From NCBI GenBank assembly GCA_951406725.2, contig OX597821.1, positions 26,784,001 to 26,848,000 of the forward strand: a stretch of DNA of 64,000 nt, read 5' to 3'. Source of the stretch: Octopus vulgaris (taxonomy: Eukaryota). Shown piece by piece: positions 1 to 12,559 of the stretch (within the stretch, counting starts at the first letter, position 1; each line of letters begins with the position of its first letter). The position numbers and the translations under genes are program-made. The notes beneath the pieces were generated by a model. The model saw nothing but the letters and a program-made list of their open reading frames with translations, searched no databases and was not told the DNA's origin.

Positions 1-59
1 CCTCAACAAACAACTTTGAAGAAATTGTATCCAACTTCAAGTACCAAAAATTGTTTAAA

Positions 60-680
60 ATTGAAAGCCTAAACCACATACACAATAACAATTGTACTTG
101 TAGAACGTCTTCACCTGCTCTCTATATGGAAACAGTAATTACAAACATGACATGAACTACTACATCTACGTACATGAGATCTACAGCAAACTAGCTAAAT
201 ATACGATAGAACCAACTCACACACACTTTTCGCAACCCAAACAAGAAAAACGTTACGTCACTACCAAATATGTGACGATTAAAATATAAGAAACTCCGTT
301 TAGTGGAAAGTACTTTTTCACGCATAAGCATACCAAAGTAATAACGAACCCTGCCAAAATCGTACTATATATCCTATCACATTCTAACATTCATGGCCGA
401 AATCTTACACCGGAACTCCGACCTAGTCTCTTCATGCAAGCACAAAATCTTGAAAAAACATTAAAACGCTTCTAACCAATTATTCTTTCTAATGGTTAAA
501 CTTGTTAATATCTCCTCACAAACTCCCCTTCATCCACCTACACTATTAACAATCCCCATAAAATAAAACAAAACACTCTTACATCTTTACACTTTTGCAC
601 TAAACAAGTAAATTGGAAACTATGTAAAAGTTTCCCTACCTCCAACAAAAATTCTCACGAAAGGTTTTCTACACAAACTT
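60..680 (+). mobile_element. Decayed 3' end of a Penelope-like retroelement (GIY-YIG endonuclease relic plus pLTR remnant)
   Basis: Frameshifted fragments read NCTCR..., YYIYV, HTFRNPNKKNVTSL, KYV, WKVL, YQSNNEPC, in the order expected of a PLE GIY-YIG domain. They are followed by a hammerhead-like remnant (acttt...gaaactatgtaaaagt, ~591-631) and (TA)n. Confidence 0.65.
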
Positions 681-692
681 ATATACATATAC

Positions 693-733
<41 letters not shown>

Positions 734-933
734 CAAACACATAAAATGTATACTTGTATGCAAGCAAACTGAAAGAACGATGCTGGCTTAGCTGGCCAAA
801 TCTTCGAAGTCACTGTCAACAACATCCTTTTTTAAGACTAAGAAATTTGTTCTCCCAAAAAGTATAGCGTAGCGTATTACACTAATGTAGAAATGTTTTT
901 ATTATACTTGAACATAAAAACAAAAATCAATAC

Positions 934-936
<3 letters not shown>

Positions 937-966
<30 letters not shown>

Positions 967-1086
967 TGTATGTATGTATGTATGTATGTATGTATGTATG
1001 TATGTATGTATGTATCTATCTATCTATCTATCTATCTATCTCTATCTATCTATCTCTATCTATCTCTGTCTCTCTCACTCTCTCTC

Positions 1087-1120
<34 letters not shown>
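937..1120. repeat. Compound microsatellite (TATG)n-(TATC)n-(TC)n-(TA)n, representative of dozens in the window
   Basis: Read directly; source of the MYVC/YLSI/YIYI pseudo-ORFs. Confidence 0.98.
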
Positions 1121-1123
<3 letters not shown>

Positions 1124-1254
1124 AACACATAAATGTCGAGTGTGACAGTAATCTACACAAAATAAAGAAATTCTCCAACGCAAGAAGACTGCGTTCGTGG
1201 TTTCCTTTATTTTCTGTAGAATATTTATATAAATAAATGAAAGATTTTTCCTTC

Positions 1255-1491
1255 TCGAATCATGCAAGGCTCATGCGGTCCGGTTTCCCGGTTTCAATGG
1301 CGTATATAATCCCCAACTTGATGGGACGCTGGTCCGTCGCAGGATTACTAATTTTCGCCAGTGAGTGGACTGGTGCAACATGAAGTGAAGTGTTTTGTTC
1401 AAGAACACAATGCAGCGCCCGGTCCAGGAATCGAAATCCCAATCTTACGATCATGAGTCCAACAACCAAACCACTAAACCACGCGCCTCCA
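1255..1491 (-). mobile_element. tRNA-derived SINE (family S3)
   Basis: Reverse strand begins ggaggcgcgtggtttagtgg (A box) ... ttcgattcc (B box), then ...aatcctgcgacggaccagcgtcccatc. A degenerate relative lies at ~13840-14070. Confidence 0.8.
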
Positions 1492-1495
1492 CTGA

Positions 1496-1569
<74 letters not shown>

Positions 1570-1577
1570 ATAAAACG

Positions 1578-1703
1578 AGATTCTTTCAGTTTCCGTCTAC
1601 CAAATCCACTCACAAATGGCCCACAATGCCACACTCAGTGGGCCTGTACCCGGAACCATGTGGTTGGGATTTAATTTCTTGCCACACGGTCACACCCGTG
1701 CCT
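1578..1703 (-). mobile_element. SINE family S2 fragment
   Basis: ttctttcagtttccgtctaccaaatccactcacaa is the reverse complement of the body of the copy at 62097. Confidence 0.8.
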
Positions 1704-1835
1704 CCCTATATATACTTATATGTTTATACTCTATATACATGAGATCATACATAAACATATAAAGGCATATAAATATATATATTCATATGCATATATTTAT
1801 ATATATACATATATTTTATATTCATACATACATAC

Positions 1836-1888
<53 letters not shown>

Positions 1889-1896
1889 TTTATATT

Positions 1897-1942
<46 letters not shown>

Positions 1943-1948
<6 letters not shown>

Positions 1949-2184
1949 TTCGGAATGGTCATATTGCCAGTTTAGCCAATAAAAACACACGCACTATATA
2001 TTTTTGGTGTATATTTTTACATTAATCTTAATTTGCTTCAGTGATATTTATTTTTTAATAAGATTAAGAAAACAAGATTAAGATTAATGTAAAAAATAAA
2101 TATCACTGAAGCAAAATAACACCAAATATATAGTGCGTGTGTTTTTATTGGCTAAACTGGCAATATGACCATTCCGAAATATAA
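1943..2184. repeat. Foldback (long inverted repeat) element
   Basis: ttatatttcggaatggtcatattgccagtttagccaataaaaacacacgcactatata is mirrored at ~2125-2184, with additional inner inverted arms. Confidence 0.9.
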
Positions 2185-2243
2185 CAATATCTGTTTCAAC
2201 ACACGACTTCACATAAAAAATCTTGCACAACAAATATTTAAAC

Positions 2244-2316
<73 letters not shown>

Positions 2317-3442
2317 CAGTTTGCTTGCATACAAGTATACATTTTATGTGTTTGCCTATATATATATATATATAGCACCAGGTGGTGCTATTAAGTTAGA
2401 CATGGCCTGGGCCAATAATGGCCGAAACCTATCAAAGTATATACATATATATATATGTATATATATATTTTTATACATATATATGTATGTATATATATAT
2501 CTTTGTATACACACATGGATATGCATACACACATTTATAGGCATACATAACCTTGTACCTACGTTAGTAAGTATATAGGTAAAGTATTAAGGTGTGCGAA
2601 GAACAATGGTGGAATTAAGTGTTGATGTTATATGAATCAATACACTATTTTAAGCACCAGAGGAAGCCGGCAGTATCTACCTAACATGTCCTTGTTTGAA
2701 CGATATAAATGATCTTCGTACGAAAGTGGAAGCGGTGAGTTGCAGCGTAGCCTTTATTTCCGGTATGATCTATTCAATAAATGTCTGGATATTCAAACAG
2801 TCGCCATCACTGAATCGAAAAAACGGATACAACAATGTTGATGAGAGAGGCAATAAACAGGAAAAATGAAGTTTTTATGATATTGTTTTGGTAATTTCAT
2901 CTTTTTAGACGAGGAATTGTACATTTCAGTCAGACATCGACCATAAAATTTATAAGTTTCTGTGTAAGATGGCGATGTGGTACGTAGCAATCATACTTTC
3001 AAGAGGCTCTTATCAATTTGACTGTAAGTATTTACATTCGAGTTGTTTGTCTTGTAATCGTAAAAGTAAAAGAGAATAAAAATATTTTTATGTATTTATT
3101 GTCTAGAGAGTTATGTAGCAGCTGGCTGGATTGATAGAGCATTCGACCACTGACCGAAAGTGTTCAGTTTGTTTCATGTAATCGGCCAAACACAATATAA
3201 ATATTAAAAGAAAATATATAAAATGACCTTTTTGTTATATTTAGGAAGGGTCATGATTGCTGAAGTCTATAAACACATTTACCGGTTGCTTGTCTATTAT
3301 AAACTGTTCTTTGTTTTTTTAAACAAGCTCTCCAACCACAAAAATGAGAAGTGAACAATAGAACAATAGTCAAACTAGCGGTGAATGTTTTTTTTATTAA
3401 TCACAACTCTTCTTAAATATAAAAAATATTAGTTCCAACAAA

Positions 3443-3655
3443 GGTAGTGAGCTGGTAGAATTGGTTACACGGTGGAGAAAAAGCGTAGCATTTCGTCTGT
3501 CCTTACATTCTGAATTCAAATTCCGCCGATGTGGGCTTCGCCGGTCATCATTTCAGGGTCGATAAAATAAGTACCCATTGAACATCGGGGTCGATATAAT
3601 CGACTTGCTCCTCCCCCTAAACTACTGGCTTTGTGCCAAAATCTGAAATGAATAT
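3443..3655 (+). mobile_element. SINE family S1
   Basis: ggtagtgagctggtagaa...ttcaaattccgccga...ggtcgataaaataagtacc...tcgatataatcgact; matches many other copies in the window. Confidence 0.85.
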
Positions 3656-4178
3656 CAGTTCTAAAACACGGTAATAGATTAAAATTCTTTCAAAGCACTT
3701 TCCATATCTATAAAATAACTCTCATATACAATTATAATGTGTTACCCAAATTACAAGAACTATACAATAAAAGACACCCATATAGCATCGTTAGTGTCAG
3801 GAATAATTGCTTGTAGTATTTACATAGATTTTATTTTTATATTTTCAATATAAATTCCGTCAACTTAGAGTAGCATCATTCTCGTTTCAAGAAAATAAAG
3901 TAATAGTTTAGTACTGGATGAATTTAATAGATTGTACCGACCATCAGTATTTTCAGTCTTGTATAATTGTTGAGAATGGCAGCATATTTTAACCTGGTGA
4001 AGGGGTGGTTGCATTGAAGGAAATGCTGATTCAATATCTAGTATTGTTGGGGAATTATATTCCCTAAAACAATAGGTATATATTAAGCATATAGTTTATA
4101 TCCAGTTAAAAGAAGAAAAGAAAATGGAGATAGGGAAATTAACAATTATTTATCATTAACAAATTGGTCACCTACGAT

Positions 4179-4258
4179 TCTTACAACCGTTTCAATTTAA
4201 GTACAAATTTGTACATTAAATTTGCACTTGTGTGAGATGAGCATTATTTCATCAGAGA
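4179..4258 (-). ncRNA. Degenerate type I hammerhead ribozyme motif
   Basis: Minus strand tct-CTGATGA-aat..hairpin..att-GAAA-cggttg-TA-aga; stems weak. Confidence 0.4.
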
Positions 4259-4812
4259 GAAAAAAGATGTACCATGAGATGTTATATGTGGACCTATCAA
4301 TTCATTTCAGCAGACTAAATATTACGGTTTATGATTTGTACTATTATATGCTCGGGTGAAGGATTTACAGATTGATTAGAAAGTGATTAGGGATAAAGTA
4401 AATAAAACTAGAACAAGTAAAAATGCATATTTAATATATATTACATAATATATATCTACACATATACATATATATATATATATATACACGGAAACACTTA
4501 ACATGCATATACATACACACACATAGATATGTATGTGTGTGTATATGTATTTGTTATGTGTTTACATGCGTATATATATATAGATGTATATGTGTGTATA
4601 TATTATGTAATATATATTACATAAGTACGAGTGTCTTTCTCTATTGTGTTTTCCTATGAATGTCATTATTCAGTTTTATTTCTTACCAATAGAGAAAGAG
4701 CCGGTTTCTTTTTTTGTATGTATGTGCACGTGTAGATTTGTATATATTGTTTTATGTATGTCTTCTCTTGCATATACTTGCATATCTAGACATGTTCATA
4801 TATACATAAATG

Positions 4813-4843
<31 letters not shown>

Positions 4844-5772
4844 TGTATGTATGTATGTATGTATGTATGTATATGCAATTTCTCTTCTGTTTTTAAATAT
4901 CTAACTTCTTACTCTCAGGAAGGAGCTGTTTATAAAGCTCCATCGTTAGAATGTAGATAACAAACACAATGTTATATTTTAAACCTGAGAAAAGTCTTGC
5001 ATATTTTTACTGTACCACTTTCAAGTTCTGTTTGTGATGTGCAAGTTAGTTGGTTGATTTCTTTTTCTGAAAATCTCAGCTTATCCAGTTTATCACTTAG
5101 TCATTTCTCATAAAGCCAAATGCGCCAAGTACTATTGGTTTAAATGTGAATTTAAAATCTGGATAACAAAACTGGAGGTTTCAAAGCATTTGTCCATCGT
5201 TATAATCTTTCTTATTGATTTTCAAAGAGATATCGAACTCTGTGATGGCACATACCTTTTCTTGACTGTTCTAAACAACACTAGACCTCTTATACTTACA
5301 CTTGAAAAATGGTTTGATGAAAATGCTCCACCAGTATTTCTTCTGTTGATATCTTTGTATATGTTCAATAACAGAGGATTCTCTATATTTATTCCAGACA
5401 GTCTTTTTCCCGAAAGGTATTGTATATTGTTTTTTCTGGGACAACATCTTGTCGCGAAAGGAGCTAGTGCCTCGATGACATTTTGGGTAGCTGCTATTCA
5501 CATATGTGATGTCGTCCACAGAAATATGACATAATTTACATTTTCGGTTGCATCTTGAAGTTCCAAGGGCTTCCACTGTCTCTTTTGTTGATTAAGAATT
5601 TCGTAGCAATCTCCTGTTCTTGGATTGCAAATGCATAACCTTCGATGTTTGACGTGATGTGGCGTTCACGAGTCCAGGAGAAGCTTCGCTTCATGTTCAT
5701 CGTACTGTTTTTTCAACACTTCGTGAAACATCCCATAAATGGTATTTTTTCCAGAAACAAATTATAGGTATG

Positions 5773-5804
<32 letters not shown>

Positions 5805-5832
5805 TGTATGTATGTATGTATGTATGTATGTA

Positions 5833-6016
5833 TAGGGAAAGTTTACGAAAAAAACAAAAGACGAAGACAGGTGGTGTACAAAACAAACAGATGTATTAGT
5901 ATAACGCTCAGGAATAAAATAAAGCCTTTTACGTTTCGAGCCTACGCTCTTCTACAGAAAGGTACACAGAAAAAACAAGGAGAGAAAAAATGTGCGTAGT
6001 GGCTAACGATCTATCT
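5833..6016 (-). mobile_element. ~185-bp microsatellite-embedded repeat carrying a hammerhead-like motif (family H1, copy 1)
   Basis: Closely similar to 47369-47555 and 63562-63760; flanked by (TATG)n on both sides. Confidence 0.85.
5925..5962 (-). ncRNA. Minimal type I hammerhead-like motif, core variant CUGUAGA
   Basis: ccttt-CTGTAGA-a-gagc(gtag)gctc-GAAA-cg-TA-aaagg. Confidence 0.6.
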
Positions 6017-6430
6017 ATCATGTATGTATGTATGTATGTATGTATGTATGTATGTATGTATGTATGTATGTATGTATGTATATATGTATGTACATGTAAC
6101 ACACACACACACGCGTGCGAATGTGTGCCTATACATAAGCACAAGCTCCCCTCCCTCTCTCTCACACACACACACATATATATAAACACGTATCAACGGA
6201 CATATTAAAGTGACTAGTGTCTACCCGCTAGAAATGAGAGTTATAATCCTCATTCGGACCACCAAAAAATATTTACATTGAAAATAACAGATTCAACAGT
6301 ATAGGGGCGAGCGAACCGAAAAAAATCTCTCACATACCTATATAGTATAAAGCTATATATTTAATGGAAAACGTATATATGTAGACCGGTGTCTGGCACG
6401 ATACCAAGATCTTACATTCTTCAGCAAATT

Positions 6431-6613
6431 TTAACCCTTTGATTAATGTACTTTTAATTCTATAGCTATATAATGCTGATTTAGACTAAAGTAACTAACA
6501 TACGAAGCATAAATTAACATGAAATTTTGAAGGTTTCAATTTAGTTCACGTAAAAACTGAAAGATAGCTTTCAAAACAATAGCGGTTTCAAACTGGCTGG
6601 TAGGAAAAGGGTT
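6431..6613. mobile_element. Possible piggyBac-like MITE relic
   Basis: ttaaCCCTTTT ... AAAAGGGtt termini; internal aaattaacatgaaattttgaag shared with ~38500-38720. Confidence 0.4.
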
Positions 6614-7067
6614 CTTCCCCTGTGGAAGCTTATCGTCAATTTCTAGTTGATAAGCCTAATGTGAAAATGTCAGTAGAAGTGAATGTCAAATAGCATGTCA
6701 AACACATGCTCAGACATGCGCATGCTCATCCATAGGGCTCAAAAGCTGTAGTATGAAGCTTAAAAAAAGAGGGACAGGGTTGGTGTGTTCGACTAAACTA
6801 TTCAATGCAATATCCCAGCATGACATATATATATGTATATACGAGGGCACTATATGAGCACCTACATCGCTAAAAATAGAAGCCAAAAATATTTCTGTGC
6901 CACAGTAAAGTCACAAATCTACTACATGCATGGGAAGTAAAAATTTCAGTGAATATTAGAAAAGTTTTACCTCTGCTAGGTCAGAACAAGCAATACTGGT
7001 CAACGTCGAACCGGTTTCGAAATTAGCGCCTAATAGGTGCCTGTTTCTCTGCACCCAAAGACTGCCA

Positions 7068-7126
<59 letters not shown>

Positions 7127-8131
7127 CATGCATGTATGTATTTATGTGATTGTATATTTGTGGCACCATGCACGGGTTCGTGTGTGTATATGTATGTATG
7201 GGCATTTCTATGTATTTGAATGTGTGTGTCCAGCTAATATAACGTGATAGCCAAGAAAAAGTCTATTTTAGAAGTTTTTGTCGTATAACCAAAGAAATTT
7301 GTTAATCCATGATATCGTCCAAATAAAGGTTCGCGCTTTACAGTGAGAAACTGAAACCGATTCCCTAAACGCAACATATAGGAATTTTGTCACCTTTGAT
7401 TAATAAACAACTGAATAATGCCTTCCTATCATGACTAAAGTGAAACACTGAATCCCAAAGGAGTCTGAGCTAATTTACTTCGAAGCGCATTTAAAATCAA
7501 CCAAACCGTCCAAAAACAAATATCACTAAATGCACAAAGCTCAGCAAAATCTCAGATATAATTACTGAACGGAACAAAAATAATATATTGAAAACAAAAT
7601 AAATTTGACTGCACATGTAACAGCAAATAAACGATCCTTTCTGACATGACAAATGGCATCATTGGCAAGTAAAGTACGAATAGGTCAAAACTAAAAGCCA
7701 CAAATCTGCAGTGGTAACGAAAGAAGCAGAAAGAATATTTTGGGACCTTCTCAGTATGTAGATATTTTTGTAAATGTATATATGGTCTATATAGGTATAC
7801 AGACACACATATCTATGTACACACACACACACACACACACACACATTTATACACATACAGACATGCACAGACAGATACTCACACACACATAGTTTAAATA
7901 TGTTTCCTCGATAAACTTGCAAAAACAGGTGAAACAAGTCTAGTTGTTGTTTTGGCAGTTCCACAAAGACAGCCTCTCTCTCAGTCTCTCTCTCTGTCTC
8001 TCTCTCTCTCACACTTTCTCACTCTATCCCTCTTTATCCCCGTCGTAAAGCAGATCAATTCCACTCTCTTTACGAGATTATAAAAGAGACAAAATCCGTC
8101 GAGTTTTTCAGCGTGCTATGAAGAGAGAGAG

Positions 8132-8238
<107 letters not shown>

Positions 8239-8653
8239 GAGACAGAGGGATTTGATCTTAACCAAGCAGAACTTTGCCTGTGGGAAAATCTATTTCTTAT
8301 TTCTCCAGTGAAGGAACAACTTGAAATTTTGATGAGCGATTCGACCTTGTGGCCTTGTGACTCTAAAGAACTATATTACTTTACATTCTTCGTTTTCCGT
8401 CGACTAATCTCCTGTAATATACAGAATAAACAACATTTTGAAGAACTTACTTTCAAATTCACAAATTCCCGACTAATTCTCTTTGACATTATAAAGTCCT
8501 TATGGTGTACTTCTTCGATGTTGGTACCAGAAATGAGAAAAAATAACACCCGACACAGGATGTCATAAAATAAAAAGACTTTAAAACATGTACAACGCTG
8601 ATGTTTAATAGCCATCTTTTATATTGTCTATTTAACATGTTTCAGTCATTAGA

Positions 8654-8785
8654 CTGGCTGGAATCGAAATCGGAATCTTGGAGTTAGCAGCCCGCGCTCT
8701 TAACCACTACGCCATATGCCCGTAGGCTTAACCACTATGCCATATGTCCGTGGGCTTAATCACTGCGGCACATGTCCATGGGCAC
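8654..8785 (-). mobile_element. tRNA-derived head (same family as 17528) with three decaying 28-bp tandem units
   Basis: Reverse strand tggcgtagtggttaagagcgcgggctgctaac...ttcgattcc; ttaaccactacgccatatgcccgtaggc repeated three times with divergence. Confidence 0.75.
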
Positions 8786-9752
8786 TGGCATGTTACATAA
8801 AGTCCAGGATTATGTGAAAAAGTGTGAAGAGTTTTGACTATTATCCATAAATTTTGTGAAGACAATTGACTTTTTTCCATAAAAGTATTAAAAATTACTT
8901 GGAAATAATAGAAAAAAATAAATGGTAGATTCGGACTGTCCATATTTTAAAACGACAAATTAAAAAACAAGAGAAAATGGAGGTGGATGAAATTTGTTTT
9001 TTGTTTTTGCATAATCGTATTAATTCCATTATGCAGAAGACAGAATCGAAAAAAAATTGTAAAACTCCGTAAAAAAAAAAAAAAATTATGATGAGTTTTA
9101 GCATGTGTTTACATCATAATGACCCCCAAAACTCTTATTTAAAGGTTGATTCTTCAGGATGAATCATGCGATTGTTTAAAAGGTTAGAGCGGCAATGTTA
9201 ACATATTTGTAACAATAGACAACAGTCGAAATATCATAATGGATGGGTAAATAAGCATCGTTATAGTGAAACAACGCATTGGTAGGTAAACAAAGGTGTC
9301 AATGAATAGAAGTGAGTAACGCAGAACATGCACAGGGAAGCTTGCTACAGTTTAAATATGGAGATTACGATTGTTTGGTATTGGATACAGTATTCCTAGT
9401 CAATTTAATAACCGTGGAAGTTGCACAGTTATTCTGGCATGTATATAATGCCCTCTATATATAAATTAATATGTTCAATAGGAAATAATTATTTTCGAAA
9501 TTTTTTCTCTTATGAGGTTCTTACGCTATCTACCTGACAATTTCTTGTTAAGTTTTCCTTATTAAGTAGTTGTCCTTAATTGCTAAATTTTTATTCCGAA
9601 AAAACTTTTCCTCTCCCGAAATGCAATTCGTAAAAGTTTGCCATTTGACAGGATGTAATATATGTAAACTCACCCATGTGCTTCGTTGAATGTTGAACAG
9701 TTAGCTGATCAACTTAAGCGGGGCAGGGTCGTTGTTTATTTATAATGCATTC

Positions 9753-9800
9753 AGGCCTGCTGATGAGTACGTAAGTATGAAATCACTGTGATACAGGTCT
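9753..9800 (+). ncRNA. Minimal type I hammerhead ribozyme (unit 1)
   Basis: aggcctg-CTGATGA-gtac(gtaa)gtat-GAAA-tcac(t)gtga-TA-caggtct: 7-bp stem I, intact core, palindromic stem III, predicted cleavage after AUA at 9793. Confidence 0.8.
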
Positions 9801-10232
9801 ATATATTTTTAAATGTCTTACTTTGAAAAATTGCATTCGGTTGGATTAGTAATATTTTTGGTAGAAATGACTAATTGTCCCTCTTAGCGTTTGGCACGTA
9901 TGTATAATGCCTTCTGGCATGTATATAATGCCCTCTATATATAAATTAATATGTTCAATAGGAAATAATTATTTTCGAAATTTTTTCTCTTATGAGGTTC
10001 TTACGCTATCTACCTGACAATTTCTTGTTAAGTTTTCCTTATTAAGTAGTTGTCCTTAATTGCTAAATTTTTATTCCGAAAAAACTTTTCCTCTCCCGAA
10101 ATGCAATTCGTAAAAGTTTGCCATTTGACAGGATGTAATATATGTAAACTCACCCATGTGCTTCGTTGAATGTTGAACAGTTAGCTGATCAACTTAAGCG
10201 GGGCAGGGTCGTTGTTTATTTATAATGCATTC

Positions 10233-10280
10233 AGGCCTGCTGATGAGTACGTAAGTATGAAATCACTGTGATACAGGTCT
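10233..10280 (+). ncRNA. Minimal type I hammerhead ribozyme (unit 2)
   Basis: Same sequence as 9753-9800, 480 bp downstream; predicted cleavage after 10273. Confidence 0.8.
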
Positions 10281-10420
10281 ATATATTTTTAAATGTCTTA
10301 CTTTGAAAAATTGCATTCGGTTGGATTAGTAATATTTTTGGTAGAAATGACTAATTGTCCCTCTTAGCGTTTGGCACGTATGTATAATGCCTTCTGGCAT
10401 GTATATAATGCCCTCTATAT

Positions 10421-10471
<51 letters not shown>

Positions 10472-10587
10472 TTGTATACAAACATATATATATATAGCAT
10501 AAATATATCATCAGAATAAGCAACAACAACGACTCCGGTAATTTGGTACGATCGTTTCATACGATATATAAATATATATATATATAT

Positions 10588-10895
10588 AGTAGTTGAATAA
10601 TGTCAACTTAATGTGACAGTCACACCACTCCTATTTAACCCTAGGAAACATCAACGCTTCCTGTCAACCTTGACACATTTCTGTGTCCTTATGTTTACAA
10701 AGGGGAGAGAAGCACCTCCACCCAGCTAAGCCTGCAACTAGAGACTAGTTTCTGAATCTTTGCTCGTCAACAGTCTGGAGGTGCTTGTCTCCCCCTTGTA
10801 AAAATAAGGACACAGAAAATGTGTCAAGGCCGACAGGAAGCGTTGAGGATTCCCTTCATGGGACTGTCACATTAAGTTGACTGTATACAACTACT
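10588..10895. mobile_element. Palindromic MITE-like/foldback element
   Basis: agtagttg..gtcaacttaatgtgacagtc / gactgtcacattaagttgac..caactact plus inner arms (caacgcttcctgtc..ccttgacacattt..ctgtgtccttat). Sits next to (TA)n; partial relative at 55926. Confidence 0.8.
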
Positions 10896-11185
10896 CTATA
10901 GTACCACTACTGCTTATATCTCTCTCAGATATTTAGAAATGTAATATTTATATATATATATATATAAATACATACACGCATACACACACATATACATACG
11001 TACACACACACACACATATATATATATATGATTTCGGCATGTGAAACCATTAATCCAAATAATTTTTGTCTCTCTCCTAGTGTTATTTCCTCATTCCTTG
11101 TCAAATTGTCCACAATTGTCTCTGTCGTTCGTTTTTGTACCATATTATACATATATTTGGATCATATTATATGTATGTGTATATG

Positions 11186-11227
<42 letters not shown>

Positions 11228-11751
11228 CATAAAAATATATGTATACAGATTAATATATACATATATAAATGAATATACATATATATGTATATACGTATAT
11301 ATACACATACATACATATATATAAATTCACATTTATATATATATATATATTTAAAAGTCTGTCTTAAGTCAGTTCAGAGGACTTTTTATATCTTCTCGAC
11401 TCAGTATTAAATATTCCCTTTTAAGACATAACATTGAAGCCGTAATATTGATGTTCCTGAAAATGTATTCCTGGTATATGGTCATTTTGGTGGAATGGGT
11501 ATTATGGATTGGTTATTAATTGCAATATAGCGAAAAAAAAGTTTTGAAGAATGTCGAGATAATGACCTTTTACGAACTCACCTCAGGGGAACGGGCCAAA
11601 CGTTTGTTGTCGGACTTGTTCCCTTTCTGCTCCAAAAGTTCTCATCAGATAGTAAAATGTCCAAACGCGTGGAAAGATCAATTTAACGAGAAAGTGAAGA
11701 TCGGTTCGCTCATAGGCGAAAGACTGTCATTATTCACACGCGTACACAAAA

Positions 11752-11823
<72 letters not shown>

Positions 11824-12274
11824 ACACACACATGTAATTGTGTTCACGTGTGTCTGATTATGCATGAGAGTGCCGGTGAACATATTACAAGCATTCTTGC
11901 ACACAATTATATAGAAACTTGTATCTGCACACACACACACACACATACACACACACACATACACACACAGACACACACACACAGACACACACACGCGCAC
12001 ACACAGGCATTTAGAAATAAGATTCAATGTGTATAGGCAAATATAATAAAAACCCCAATACACGCGCACACAACATATACATACATTCACACACCACACA
12101 AACACACACACACACACACACACACAACGCACACACAGACTACGAAGAGCAATCTCGTGATAGAGCATAAGCGTAGGTGAAACCTATGCATACACACATA
12201 TGGTACCGACACAAATACAATTAACTTTATATGTAGTTACATACATCCCAATATAATTACATATTTATGTATCA

Positions 12275-12322
<48 letters not shown>

Positions 12323-12521
12323 TGTATATATATATATATACATATATCCATATATGTATATATATATATATATATATACATATATAGATATATACATATA
12401 TATATACACACGTATATACACATATATATATATATAGAAACACATATATAAACATATGTATATACATATATATATATGCATATATATATACACATATATA
12501 CATATTAATATATTTATATAC

Positions 12522-12559
<38 letters not shown>

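Larger units (their letters stand above)
9432..10428 (+). repeat. Tandem repeat, 480-bp unit x ~2.08, one hammerhead per unit (retrozyme/Penelope pLTR-like)
   Basis: Units start at 9432, 9912 and 10392 (partial) and look identical by eye; the array ends in (TA)n. Confidence 0.95.
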
